DNA from: Candidatus Bathyarchaeota archaeon
Lineage (GTDB): Archaea > Thermoproteota > Bathyarchaeia > Bathyarchaeales > Bathycorpusculaceae
Assembly: GCA_963739305.1 (NCBI GenBank)
Contig: CAVTZU010000020.1
Coordinates: 32,001-96,000 of the forward strand
Length of the DNA stretch: 64,000 bases
Reading direction: 5' to 3'
Each line of letters begins with the position of its first letter. Within the stretch, counting starts at the first letter, position 1. Under the pieces are notes generated by a model, which had not been told where the DNA came from, searched no databases, and was given only the letters and a program-made list of their open reading frames with translations. This document shows, one piece after another, positions 9,824 through 20,337 of this stretch. A program made the position numbers and the translations under genes.

Positions 9824-11578
9824 TCAGAAAATGGAGAGCGGCTTGTACTCACCGAAGATCTCCCGCAGCGTTCCGCATATTTCTCCCAGAGACGCATACT
9901 CCTTCACTGCGCTCAGTACTAGTGGCATCAGGCTCTCGTTTTCGTGCTCAGCCGCATTGCGCAAACGGTTCAGTGCCTCATCCACTTTGGACCGGGTTCT
10001 CTGTCTCTTCGTCATCTCCAACTGCTCGACCAGCCGTTTTTCTATCGCAGGGTCAATTCTCAACGTCTTGATAGGAACTTCGTCCTGACCCACAAAATCG
10101 TTTACTCCTACAACGATTCTTCTCTTCGCTTCAACTTCCTTCTGAAAACGATACGCGCTTTCAGTGATCTCCTTCTGCATGAAACCCTTCTCGATCGCTG
10201 CTACCGCCCCGCCCATTCCGTCAATCTGCTCCACATACCTCTGTGCCCTCTCTTCAATCTCACTGGTCAAGGATTCGATGTAGTACGAACCCGCAAGCGG
10301 ATCAACTGTGTCAACTGTTCCGCTCTCGTAGGCGATTATTTGCTGCGTCCTTAAGGCGACCATTACCGCTTGTTCGCTGGGCAAAGCATAGGCTTCGTCG
10401 AACGAGTTCGTATGCAGCGACTGGGTCCCTCCAAGCACGCCTGATAGAGCTTGCATTGTTACGCGCACGATGTTGTTGAAAGGCTGCTGAGCCGTTAGCG
10501 CCACGCCCGAGGTCTGAGTGTGGAACCGAAGCATCCACGAGTTAGGGTTCTTAGCCTTGAACCTTTCCCGCATGATCTTTGCCCACAGTCGCCGTGCCGC
10601 GCGGAACTTGGCGACTTCCTCAAAGAAATTATTGTGAGCCGCGAAGAAGAAAGACAACCGCCCTGCAAACTTGTCAACGTCGAGACCGCGGTCTATGGCT
10701 GCTTGCACGTATGCGATCGCGTTTGCGAAGGTGAAAGCCACTTCTTGAACTGCCGTTGCGCCTGCTTCCCTTATGTGGTAGCCGCTTATGCTTATCGTGT
10801 TCCACTGAGGCATGTTCTGGCTGCAGTAGACAAATATGTCTGTGATCATACGCATCGAAGGTTTAGGCGGAAAAATGTACATGCCTCTGGCTACATATTC
10901 CTTGAGCACATCGTTCTGAACCGTGCCGCCTAACCTGGCTTGATCTATACCCTGCTTCTGCCCAACCGCTACGTACATGGCCAGCAAAACATTTGCCGGC
11001 GCGTTAATCGTCATTGAGGTTGTCACTTTGTCAAGAGGAATTCCCTCAAACAGAGTCTCCATGTCTCTTAGGCTGCTTGAGCTCACGCCGACTTTTCCAA
11101 CCTCTCCCAGGGCTAATGGATGGTCACAGTCGTAACCGACCTGCGTGGGAAAATCAAAAGCCACGCTTAAACCAGTCTGCCCATGTTCCAGTAGGTACTT
11201 GAACCGTTTGTTCGTGTCCTCTGCCGTTCCAAAACCGGCGTACTGCCGCATCGTCCACAACCGAGCACGATACATCGTGGTGTAAACCCCCCGTGTAAAC
11301 GGATACTCACCAGGAAAACCCGAGTTCTTAAGATAGTCCAGGTCCCTAACGTCCAAAGGAGTGTAGAGCCTGCTAACAGGTATACCCGAGGTCGTCGCGA
11401 ACTCACCTTTCTCAGGAAGCTTCTCGAGACTTTTCGCAGCGATCCCGTTCTCCCATTCGTTTTTCCGCCGCCGCAGTTCATGTAGGCTTTCTTTATCCGA
11501 CAAGGTCAAAGACACCCAGAGACAACACTGGTCAGCAAACATAAAAGAATTGTCAACAACAAACCCCAACATCGGCAC
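9824..11578 (-). CDS. Methylmalonyl-CoA mutase, large (substrate-binding) subunit; true start probably near 11515
   Basis: [52 protein letters not shown] and [11 protein letters not shown]. No fused cobalamin-binding domain. Confidence 0.95.
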   Translation of the reverse strand: MPMLGFVVDNSFMFADQCCLWVSLTLSDKESLHELRRRKNEWENGIAAKSLEKLPEKGEFATTSGIPVSRLYTPLDVRDLDYLKNSGFPGEYPFTRGVYTTMYRARLWTMRQYAGFGTAEDTNKRFKYLLEHGQTGLSVAFDFPTQVGYDCDHPLALGEVGKVGVSSSSLRDMETLFEGIPLDKVTTSMTINAPANVLLAMYVAVGQKQGIDQARLGGTVQNDVLKEYVARGMYIFPPKPSMRMITDIFVYCSQNMPQWNTISISGYHIREAGATAVQEVAFTFANAIAYVQAAIDRGLDVDKFAGRLSFFFAAHNNFFEEVAKFRAARRLWAKIMRERFKAKNPNSWMLRFHTQTSGVALTAQQPFNNIVRVTMQALSGVLGGTQSLHTNSFDEAYALPSEQAVMVALRTQQIIAYESGTVDTVDPLAGSYYIESLTSEIEERAQRYVEQIDGMGGAVAAIEKGFMQKEITESAYRFQKEVEAKRRIVVGVNDFVGQDEVPIKTLRIDPAIEKRLVEQLEMTKRQRTRSKVDEALNRLRNAAEHENESLMPLVLSAVKEYASLGEICGTLREIFGEYKPLSIF

Positions 11579-11607
11579 ATCAAGCTCACGACGTACACTA
11601 AGGCAAA

Positions 11608-11916
11608 GTGAGTGCGAAAACTGTTAGGAAATTGAAGAAGATTGAGAGGTCTGCGGGGTTCGTGAAAGGTGGGGTGATCATGTCCAAGAGTGGCTTTACA
11701 AAGGATGCGGAGCGAGAAGCCAAGAGACACGGCATCAAGACGCTCAAATATAAACAGAAGAGAACAATTGATGAATGTTTCTTTCTAGGCGATTATGAAT
11801 GCCTGCACCAAGAGGGAAGAGGGGAGAAAGAACGGCAGAGAAACAAAGGCGGGTCATGGAGAAGAAAACCTTCTGACGCTGACAAGAAGAGAAAGAAGAA
11901 CAACGATTGGTGGTAA
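11608..11916 (+). pseudogene. Possible C-terminal fragment of an Mrr-like restriction endonuclease domain
   Basis: V.KL.......GGVIMSKSGFTKDAEREAKRHGI resembles the Mrr_cat C-terminus. An in-frame stop lies just upstream, so the catalytic N-terminal part is missing. Confidence 0.4.
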
Positions 11917-12053
11917 TCGTGCGCGCCAGGAGAGCCAGGACTTATTATTCGACAACGCCCGGTTTGACGGGAATACGTAATGGAGGAGTGGAGATTTAGG
12001 TGCACGCTTTGCCTTCCGAGTTCTTCTCAATAATGAACAAGCTACGATGTACA

Positions 12054-13109
12054 TTATTCTTTATCGTCGTGTTTTGCTGGCAGTGATTCAAGTCTTTTCT
12101 TGAAGGATGCTGCAGATTGGTCATCGGCGAGTATGTATAGAAAATCTCCTTTTTGCAGTTCAAAGTTGTCGGTCATATTGTGAATTATCTCGCCATTTCG
12201 GTAGACCAACAGTACTGGATCGCCTCTATCTATGTCTCCATACTTTATTCCTTGAGAAGTGATTTCGAATCCAACGACGTATTTGGATTTGAGCTTTTCA
12301 GATAATACTATGCCGGCCACTTCATTAGAAATTACCGAAGATGCTAGCATTTTTCCTATTAAGTCGTAGATGGGTGCAACCTTGTCTGCTCCTGCAGCCT
12401 TAGCACTTTCTACTAGCTCCTTATCATTTATGATGGAGACAGCATGGATGTTTTTGTTGAGCTTCTTGGCGCTCAAAACGGCAAGCATATTATCTCCGTC
12501 GTCATCAAAGGTGGATATTAGGTAGCGAGCTTTCTCCACCCCAGCCTTCTTAAGAGTCTCATAAATGTGTGTAGTCGGTCCCCCCACAGCCGCTATTCCA
12601 TCCTTTCTAAGCATTTCAAGTTGATCGTTATCCTTTGCTATGACAACGAACTCCAAGCCTAGCGACTTCAGACTATCGACAACGTACTTGCCTAGGAATT
12701 TGTAACCTACAACTATCACGTGATTCTTCATTCTGCTTACCCTCCTTGTTGTTATTTTCTCAGCTCGCAGCTCGCTCTTCAGAGCAACCGTAAATGTCCC
12801 TTGGACAAGGGAAGCTGCTGACCCAACGCTAAGTATGAAAACTACTATTAGAAGAGCCTTTTCAGAAGCTGGCATAGTGAGAATGCCAGGATTGTAGATC
12901 CCTATAGTCGTGATCGTTGAAACAGCTCCGAGAAGAGCGGTCAACGGGTCCAGCCCCTGATAATATATGAAAATCAAAGCTCCGAAAACAAACATCGAGC
13001 CCAATATTGAAAGTTGAATCCAAACAGATTTGACAATATAAAACGGTGTGTATGCCATAAGATCTAGCAAATCTCTTAGTTTTCTCACGGCAACTTCTCT
13101 GCAAGGCAT
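12054..13109 (-). CDS. Two-TM potassium-channel-like protein with RCK (TrkA-N) domain
   Basis: TM-pore helix-TM arrangement (STITTIGI), NHVIVVGY..LG and DDDGDNMLAVLSAK. Confidence 0.85.
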   Translation of the reverse strand: MPCREVAVRKLRDLLDLMAYTPFYIVKSVWIQLSILGSMFVFGALIFIYYQGLDPLTALLGAVSTITTIGIYNPGILTMPASEKALLIVVFILSVGSAASLVQGTFTVALKSELRAEKITTRRVSRMKNHVIVVGYKFLGKYVVDSLKSLGLEFVVIAKDNDQLEMLRKDGIAAVGGPTTHIYETLKKAGVEKARYLISTFDDDGDNMLAVLSAKKLNKNIHAVSIINDKELVESAKAAGADKVAPIYDLIGKMLASSVISNEVAGIVLSEKLKSKYVVGFEITSQGIKYGDIDRGDPVLLVYRNGEIIHNMTDNFELQKGDFLYILADDQSAASFKKRLESLPAKHDDKE

Positions 13110-13224
13110 GTTATTTAGTTCTAGTAGACGGCTCAGAAACGATTAGGTTGCTCCATCCATAAGTGGATTGCGTTTGGCACGTAGTATTGCTAGAAATTCT
13201 CCTTGAAGCGCGCACTCTTTCTGT

Positions 13225-15036
13225 TCAGGAGTGTGGTTCGCTAATTTCTTTGACGCTTCCTGAAAGTTTAACCTCTTCAAGTCTTGACCTGATCTCTATG
13301 TTGTAAATTCGCCCGACGTCTTCTCGTGTGATTATGCCAATCAGCTTCATGCTGCCCCTTTGCTCAATAACTGGCAGACGTCCGATCTGATTACTAGTCA
13401 TCTTGTCAAAAGCCGTGTAAAGACTCTCATCAGGAAACGCCGTGACAAGCTCTTTCGTCATTACGGAGCTTACCATAGTCGTTGCTCTCTGGTCTGGATG
13501 AATCTGAAGAATATCCGTAAGCGTAACCATACCCACAAGTCTGCCGTTATCATCCAAGACTGGCACACCTTTTATTCCGTTCTTTGCCATTATCTCAGCG
13601 ACCTCTGAAAGCAGTGAGTTGGGGGTGGTTGTGATGACCTTTTTGGTCATTGCGTCTTTGACGAAGAGCTTCTGCATTAGGGGGATGGAGTATTCACCCT
13701 GGTGGGCTGGCGACTCGGCCCTTGATTGAACCTGGCTTCTATAGATCGTGTTCCTTCCTGTGATTACGTAGGCAATGGCGGTGGCTATCATTGAGGGAAC
13801 CAACAGAGTTAATCCTCCGGTCATTTCGCTAACCATGAGTATGACGGCAACAGGCACCTTGCCCACGCCTCCGAAAAATGACATCATCCCCACTATCACG
13901 AATGCGGCCAGGCTCGGACCGAAATTTGGCAAAACTCCGTCGAGGAACATCCAGAGGACTGTTCCCAGCAAGCCGCCTATCACCAAAGCTGGTGCGAAGA
14001 CTCCTCCGCTTCCTCCTGAGCCTATTGAAAGAGACGTGGCAACTATTTTGGCTACGATAATAATTGGAATCAAGGTGAGCGGGAGCAAGGCAAAGTTGCC
14101 GTTCATTGCTATCTGCAGCCAACCGTAGCCCATACCGAGCACCTGCGGGAGAAACATTCCAATAACACCCACTAAAAATCCTCCTAGAGCCGGCTTCAAG
14201 AAGCTCGGTATCCCTAGACGCTGAAAAAGGGTCCGTGTGCCGTAGAACCCTCTGACGTACACGATGCCAACTAAACCGCAGATTATGCCCAAGACAGCGT
14301 ATAGTGGCAGATCAAGCGGGTCGCTGAAGGCACGTAGATTCATGTAGCCAAATATGGGCGTCCATCCAGCAAATGATGCGAATATACTGTATCCCACGGT
14401 CGAAGCTATGAAAGCTGGCAGCAATGTCTCCACCTCAAAGTCTCCCATGTAAAGAATCTCAGCGCTCATTAGGGCCCCTCCAAACGGCGCCTTGAAGATG
14501 GAGCCTATCCCTGAACCTATGCCGACTGCAACTGCGATTCTTCTGTCGTGTAAGCTAAGATGAAGTCTCCTGCTCAGGAAGGAACCGAAGCCTGCCCCTA
14601 TCTGCGCTGTCGGACCTTCCCTGCCTGCACTTCCGCCAGACCCGATCGTTAACGCCGAGGCCAGAAGCTTAACGAAAGGTATTCTGGATCGAATCTCACC
14701 CTTTTTATTGTGAAAAGCGTCTATTGCCGCGTCAGTTCCGTGGCCCTCGGCTTCTGGTGCAAAGCCGTAGACGAGTATACCACAGACGAGCCCTCCAAGA
14801 GTAGTTATCAACGGAATCAAGTAGAGACGGGGCGAGACTGATCCTAAGCTTCCGCCTTCTCCGACTGGCGAAGGAGGAAAAAACCCAGTAACGCCGCCGA
14901 GTAGGATCGTGCTTGTGAGGCTAATTGCTTCATAGAAAAGAATACTCCCTATTCCGCTGACCGCACCTATCAAAAGAGCGATCGGAACCCATTTTCTAAG
15001 ATAACCAAGCTCGTGAGAAGCTCTGGGGGACTTCAC
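13225..15036 (-). CDS. CLC chloride channel/antiporter with C-terminal CBS pair
   Basis: GGSAGREGP, FKAPFGGAL, SGGSGGVFAP and two CBS domains. Confidence 0.93.
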   Translation of the reverse strand: MKSPRASHELGYLRKWVPIALLIGAVSGIGSILFYEAISLTSTILLGGVTGFFPPSPVGEGGSLGSVSPRLYLIPLITTLGGLVCGILVYGFAPEAEGHGTDAAIDAFHNKKGEIRSRIPFVKLLASALTIGSGGSAGREGPTAQIGAGFGSFLSRRLHLSLHDRRIAVAVGIGSGIGSIFKAPFGGALMSAEILYMGDFEVETLLPAFIASTVGYSIFASFAGWTPIFGYMNLRAFSDPLDLPLYAVLGIICGLVGIVYVRGFYGTRTLFQRLGIPSFLKPALGGFLVGVIGMFLPQVLGMGYGWLQIAMNGNFALLPLTLIPIIIVAKIVATSLSIGSGGSGGVFAPALVIGGLLGTVLWMFLDGVLPNFGPSLAAFVIVGMMSFFGGVGKVPVAVILMVSEMTGGLTLLVPSMIATAIAYVITGRNTIYRSQVQSRAESPAHQGEYSIPLMQKLFVKDAMTKKVITTTPNSLLSEVAEIMAKNGIKGVPVLDDNGRLVGMVTLTDILQIHPDQRATTMVSSVMTKELVTAFPDESLYTAFDKMTSNQIGRLPVIEQRGSMKLIGIITREDVGRIYNIEIRSRLEEVKLSGSVKEISEPHS

Positions 15037-15171
15037 TTGTTCTTATCCTTCTCGAATATCCACTGCACAGTGAGGTCGGATATAAACGGCACGCACGCGC
15101 GCTACGAAAATATCTAAGTGGTCTAAATACATGGATGAGATCGGTTATCCTTGCGCGCGCGTTTAACGCGT

Positions 15172-15360
15172 TTATTCATATCGAAGCAAGTAGAGAGGCT
15201 TTGCGGCTTCCTTCTTATTCGTTTCCAAATTGAGAATGCTATTGCGTCGGTTCTCGTCACGTGAGTTCAGTCTTGGCACGCGTGCTCTTTTCCCGTTTGT
15301 TCTTTCTTTTGTCGCGTTCGCTTCTTCCGATGGTCCAGTTCTGTTTTCATTCCAAACCAT
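15172..15360 (-). CDS. Small hypothetical protein
   Basis: ATG preceded by GGAGG, with a TTTATA box upstream. No family recognised. Confidence 0.45.
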   Translation of the reverse strand: MVWNENRTGPSEEANATKERTNGKRARVPRLNSRDENRRNSILNLETNKKEAAKPLYLLRYE

Positions 15361-15557
15361 CTGTACTGATCCTCCTGAGAACTCCGCACCCTTGACTGTA
15401 TAGCGTATTCGATATAAATATTTCTATTTGACTATGAAGGCTCTCAGCGCGCGCCTCTCGACCAGTCTTTTGAAAGAACCAATCTTCGCCCGCTCCGCAA
15501 AGTATTCAATAAGACATACAAATGCCTAGAACAAAACCAGTCTTTCATGCGCGCTTA

Positions 15558-16160
15558 TCAACGTTGACCGTGTTTCGGTTTCTTTGTCTTTGGAAAGTCT
15601 TGCTTTAGATATGGACAGGCTTTGTCTTCTAAACGATCATAGTATCCTACTTCCCAGTGAGCGGAACTGATCAAGCCATATTCGGTGCATCCGAGCATCC
15701 AAGATACTAGGTGAGCCATCTCAACTCTTTCAGCAGAATTGAAGTAGCCCTCTCTGATCATCTCAACTGCTATTCTGCTCAGTCTGCTGAGAAAGCGGCA
15801 GAGGGCAGTGAATTTTTCAGGACCAGACTCGGCGATTCTTTTGTCAGGCTGCCAAGCGACATATTTCGCAAGTGGATTTTCTGCAATTGGGTCAACAGCA
15901 AACCTGTCTTTGGACAACACGGTTCCGAGCTTGAAAGCGACCTTGCTCTTGACAACCCGCACGTGTTGGGATTCCAGCAGCATACGAATGCTCAACACGA
16001 CATCATCGTCTATTCTGTCTCTGATTAGGAAGTGCAGATCTCTTACACCCTCAACGTCTTTCACGAAATCGTATAAACCTAGGAGTATGTTTCCAGTCTT
16101 GTCTGCCTTGCACCGCAGAACAGCGACACTCCAATTATCAACCGACATTATATCACTCAC
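15558..16160 (-). CDS. Hypothetical protein
   Basis: 200-aa ORF with protein-like composition. No motif recognised. Confidence 0.6.
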   Translation of the reverse strand: MSDIMSVDNWSVAVLRCKADKTGNILLGLYDFVKDVEGVRDLHFLIRDRIDDDVVLSIRMLLESQHVRVVKSKVAFKLGTVLSKDRFAVDPIAENPLAKYVAWQPDKRIAESGPEKFTALCRFLSRLSRIAVEMIREGYFNSAERVEMAHLVSWMLGCTEYGLISSAHWEVGYYDRLEDKACPYLKQDFPKTKKPKHGQR

Positions 16161-16208
16161 ACGAGTTTATCTTCCGGTTTTTTCACGTGTTACAAAGACG
16201 ACCGGTTC

Positions 16209-16295
16209 TTATGGTCCTTGTTTGGCTTTTCTTCTTTCTTTCTTGCGCGCTCTTTCCCTGCGCTTCTTCTTTTTATTCCTTTTCTTGAATGGCAT
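16209..16295 (-). CDS. 28-aa Lys/Arg-rich peptide MPFKKRNKKKKRRERARKKERRKAKQGP
   Basis: Manual translation. ATG preceded by GAGTGAGG. Below the ORF-track length cutoff. Confidence 0.5.
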   Translation of the reverse strand: MPFKKRNKKKKRRERARKKERRKAKQGP

Positions 16296-16794
16296 TTTTC
16301 CTCACTCTATACAAGGCAGGACTACTAAAAAGGATTACGTATTGCCTATAACAATAGCCAATGACAAATATTAAAGCTCAACAAGACCCCGCTATGACCT
16401 CGTCCAAGGCGCTGAGCGCGCGCGAGTGTAACGGTGAAGATCGACGGATGAGGTTTGACGCGCGCGCTGACAGAGTAACTTTGACATCATTGCGACAGCC
16501 AACATCGTGCACTTCTGTCTTTGGTAGCCTGTTAAGTTCATTCATGGCAATGATGTCGGTAGCGCGCGTGTCAGTATAACTAATTTACTATTACTATCGC
16601 CAATACGACAAACTTATAAGCAATCTTGTGCATAATACGCGTTGGCGCGTTTTTGTTCAGCGCCAAGGGAAGGACTGTGACCCTTTCATACACTTTGCGT
16701 TTCCTCAGAAGAGCTAAAGTAGAGCGATATTGCTACATTCCTCCACCCTTTCCTTCCCTCCCATTGGCGCGAGCGAACACCATCAGCGTGGACA

Positions 16795-17076
16795 TCAAAA
16801 AGGCTGAATCTCTATGATGATTTTCTTCACTGCTAATTCACAGATCTTTCTAATTCCCCTCTTGCCACTTTCATAGCTGACTTTTATCAGGTTTGTTTCG
16901 TGTAGTCTACGAACTTGTTCGCTGACATATGGTTGGCTTAGCTCAAGTCGCTGGGCTATCGTCGAAATGTCCAGATGTTCTTTTGAGAGTAACTGCAATA
17001 CTCGCAGACTCGTCGAGTTTAACGCGTCAGCAACCTTTAGGGCAGCTTCACCCGAAACAACAATCTCCGCAGACAT
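16795..17076 (-). CDS. ArsR-like winged-HTH regulator
   Basis: AL....L.VL.LL.....IS.IA..L..SQP.VS..V..L....LI and G.RG..K.C. Confidence 0.8.
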   Translation of the reverse strand: MSAEIVVSGEAALKVADALNSTSLRVLQLLSKEHLDISTIAQRLELSQPYVSEQVRRLHETNLIKVSYESGKRGIRKICELAVKKIIIEIQPF

Positions 17077-17282
17077 TACGAACAGCTCTGTTTACCGTAT
17101 GAACTTCTTCAGCGTTTATAATGCTTGTGGGGTTTCCGATTAATATAACTATGCAGATATGCTTATTGGAGACATTTAGGACTGTATTCAATATAGCAAA
17201 ATAAGAGTATTTATAAGCAATTGTTTATATTCATTTGAGTCGTGTTATAAGAACAATACGAAAACTGAGGAGATGCAGAAGC

Positions 17283-17345
17283 ATGCCGAGCAAACAAAAA
17301 AAGAAGAAAGCACTTCCAAAAAAGTACACGAAAAACAAGAAGTAA
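17283..17345 (+). CDS. 20-aa Lys-rich peptide MPSKQKKKKALPKKYTKNKK
   Basis: Manual translation. GAGGAG upstream and a TTTATA box near 17224. Confidence 0.35.
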   Translation: MPSKQKKKKALPKKYTKNKK

Positions 17346-17429
17346 CTCAACGAACCCAGACGTAATAACGCGTTATGCATTCGGGTTGCGCGCGCTAATG
17401 GCAAACTTGCAGGAAGGATATGAAGAAAA

Positions 17430-18824
17430 GTGGCGTTAGACCTCGTTCTGAGAGCTATTGTGACCATTTGCATTTTGGTTTTCTCAGCGAAGGTTCTGGG
17501 CGAGGTTTTCGCAAAAACAAAAATCCCCTCAGTGCTGGGTGAACTTTTCGCGGGAATCCTTCTTGGGCCTTACGCCTTCGGTGCAGTCATAGCGATAGGC
17601 GGCTCACCTGTAATCGAGCTAAACGAGATTGTCCGAGCGTTTGGAGAAATAGGCGGTATACTCATATTGTTCGTCGCCGGTTTGGAGATGACTCTCACTG
17701 ACTTTAGACGTGTTGGCGCATCTGGGTTCACCATAGGAACAGCAGGTGTCGTTTTCCCCTTCATTATGGGCTATGTTTTCTCCCTGCTTTTGGGCTTTAG
17801 CATGGGTGCAAGTCTTGTGATTGCCGCGGCTTTGGTGGCCACGAGTATTTCCATAACTTCACTGGTGTTGCAGGAACTCAAGCAGTCGCGAACAGTGGAG
17901 TCTAAGACAATGGTGAGTGCCGCAGTGGTTGACGACGTGTTAGGACTAGCAATTCTAGGCGTCATAGTTTCTTTCATATCAACTTCCGCGCCAATAAACC
18001 CGATAAACGTAGTTATCGTGATATTGGAGTCTCTTGCTTTATGGTTTGCCTTGGTGGTTTCCGCTTCAGTCATTCTGCCACGACTAATTAACTTAGCTTC
18101 TCGGGGGAAATCAGAGGAGACAGTCGAAGCTGCAGCCACGGCCTCGTGCTTCGGAGCTGCTGCCCTAGCCGCCTACATTGGGCTGTCACCGATCGTTGGC
18201 GCTTTTGCTGCGGGGATGGCGGTGGCAAGTTCTAAGGCGATTGAGAGGATTCGCGAATATGCCAAGAAAATAAGCACAATATTCTCCCCTGTTTTTTTTG
18301 CGCTAGCGGGCGCAGCCTTCAATTACCGAAGCTTCATAACTTCCGATCTGTTCTTCTACGTTTTCTTCATAGGGCTCGTTGCTATCGCCATACTGAGCAA
18401 GCTAGTCGGATGCGGTCTTCCAGCTTTCTTCTTCCTCAAAGACAAAAACAAAGCGATCAAAGTCGGCATAGGCATGATTTCCCGAGGCGAAGTGGGACTG
18501 ATAATCGCAGGAATAGCCATCACCTCAGACGTTATAACCCAAGGCACCTACACCGCGATCATAGGCATGATTATGATAACCACCATTTTGACGCCAATAT
18601 GGTTGAAAAGAGCCTACGACAAGTCTTCGGTTGAGCGTGAAATGCATTCGTTACCAACTGACAATCTTACAGAAACTTCTAAGGCCTGGTGCGCACTACA
18701 CACGTATTCAAAGTGCACCAATTTGATTCTGTTTACAGCTCAAAAACCACTTTGTGTAGGCCTACGCCGCGATCATAACAGGCTTAACAAATTCAATCCC
18801 GCCAACGACGTGCCCGCCTTGTAA
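17430..18824 (+). CDS. Cation:proton antiporter (CPA2, NapA/Kef-like)
   Basis: GELFAGILLGP, LF.AGLE, ATSISIT, AAVVDDVLG and GMISRGEVGL. Confidence 0.92.
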   Translation: MALDLVLRAIVTICILVFSAKVLGEVFAKTKIPSVLGELFAGILLGPYAFGAVIAIGGSPVIELNEIVRAFGEIGGILILFVAGLEMTLTDFRRVGASGFTIGTAGVVFPFIMGYVFSLLLGFSMGASLVIAAALVATSISITSLVLQELKQSRTVESKTMVSAAVVDDVLGLAILGVIVSFISTSAPINPINVVIVILESLALWFALVVSASVILPRLINLASRGKSEETVEAAATASCFGAAALAAYIGLSPIVGAFAAGMAVASSKAIERIREYAKKISTIFSPVFFALAGAAFNYRSFITSDLFFYVFFIGLVAIAILSKLVGCGLPAFFFLKDKNKAIKVGIGMISRGEVGLIIAGIAITSDVITQGTYTAIIGMIMITTILTPIWLKRAYDKSSVEREMHSLPTDNLTETSKAWCALHTYSKCTNLILFTAQKPLCVGLRRDHNRLNKFNPANDVPAL

Positions 18825-18878
18825 CTGAAACAGATATATAACAACCATTCACTCTGAAACAGTCTGACCAAAGAGCCA

Positions 18879-19178
18879 GTGCATACATTGAAAATCAAAC
18901 TCGAATACCTCGGCCACGTAACAAACATGACAGGCAACGCAAGAACAGAAGAAATCACCATCAAGAACGACTCGTCAGTTGTTGATCTTCTCAACACCCT
19001 CACCTTGAGGTACGGTGAACCATTCAAGAAGGCAGTCTACGAACCCGGCCTCCCAGACCTAAAATCAAATTACGTCGCAACCGTCAACGGCCAACTGCTA
19101 AACCAGCTCAACGGCATTAACACTAAACTCAAAGACGGAGACCATTTCATTATAATGCCTGTCGTCAGCGGCGGCTAA
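18879..19178 (+). CDS. MoaD/ThiS family ubiquitin-like protein (SAMP)
   Basis: Beta-grasp pattern VNG.......T.LKDGD...I.PVVSGG with a C-terminal GG. Confidence 0.9.
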   Translation: MHTLKIKLEYLGHVTNMTGNARTEEITIKNDSSVVDLLNTLTLRYGEPFKKAVYEPGLPDLKSNYVATVNGQLLNQLNGINTKLKDGDHFIIMPVVSGG

Positions 19179-19249
19179 GCCAAAAAAGAGCAAAGCATTT
19201 TAACAAAGATCACGAACTTAACCATTCTTCCATTAACGGTGAAACAACA

Positions 19250-20323
19250 ATGAAAAGAATCGAAGCACTTAGAGAACAAGCCTTCAACAAGAGAAACTTC
19301 GATGCGTACCTCGTAACCAACGAGCACAATCTCCTTTACCTCACAGGCACGCCGGGCGCAGCATGTCTGCTCATACCGAAAAAAGGCCAAAACACCATCT
19401 ATGTCTACGGCGTCAACTACGACCAAACCAAAGCAGAAGCAAAAGACTGCACGGTCGAACTCATCAAACGAGGCGAAAAACTAACCGACAAAATAGCCCC
19501 AGCATTCAAAAACCTAAACATCAAGAAACTCGCTACGGACACCCTCTACTACGAAATCTACCGCCTCTTTGCAAAAGCCCTCAGAGGCAAAGCAAAACTG
19601 AAAATGCAAGCCCGACTCATATCGGAACTCCGCAAAGTAAAAGACGCAGAAGAGCTGGCAAAAATGCGAAAAGCCGGAGAAATAACCGTAGCAGGCATGA
19701 AAGCAGCCTTCGAAACCATAAAACCAGGCGTCACCGAAATCGAAGTCGCAGCCGAAATCGAGTACGCAATGCGCAAGAACAAGGGCTATGGAACAGCCTT
19801 CGAAACCATCGTTGCTTCAGGCACGCGATCGGCATACCCACATGGGGGATGCGCCGACAGACCAATCCACAAAGGTGACCTTGTCGTCGTCGACATAGGC
19901 GCAATCTACGAGTACTACCGCTCAGACATGACAAGAACCTTCGCTGCTGGTGGCTCAACACAAAAACAGAAAAAACTCTACGAAATTGTGAAAAACGCCC
20001 AAGAAAAAGCATACCACGCGATCAAAGCCAGAGCGAAAGGAAAAGACATAGACCAAGTAGCCCGCAAAATAATCGAAGACGCCGGCTACGGCGAAAACTT
20101 CAACCACGGCCTAGGACACGGCGTCGGCCTAGAAATTCATGAACAACCAAACTTGAGTTCGATAAGCAAAGACAAACTTGCGGAAGGAAACGTCGTCACT
20201 GATGAACCTGGCATATACTTCCCAGGATGGGGAGGAATCCGCATAGAAGACACTGTGCTCGTCAAAAAACGCGCTTCAGAAAAGTTCACAGACGGCTTCT
20301 ACAGCCTAGAAACCGCAAAATAA
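19250..20323 (+). CDS. Xaa-Pro aminopeptidase/prolidase (M24B)
   Basis: VVDIG, SDMTRT, HGLGHGVGLEIHE, EPGIY and GIRIED metal-ligand motifs. Confidence 0.93.
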   Translation: MKRIEALREQAFNKRNFDAYLVTNEHNLLYLTGTPGAACLLIPKKGQNTIYVYGVNYDQTKAEAKDCTVELIKRGEKLTDKIAPAFKNLNIKKLATDTLYYEIYRLFAKALRGKAKLKMQARLISELRKVKDAEELAKMRKAGEITVAGMKAAFETIKPGVTEIEVAAEIEYAMRKNKGYGTAFETIVASGTRSAYPHGGCADRPIHKGDLVVVDIGAIYEYYRSDMTRTFAAGGSTQKQKKLYEIVKNAQEKAYHAIKARAKGKDIDQVARKIIEDAGYGENFNHGLGHGVGLEIHEQPNLSSISKDKLAEGNVVTDEPGIYFPGWGGIRIEDTVLVKKRASEKFTDGFYSLETAK

Positions 20324-20337
20324 CGCCAAACCGTTTT

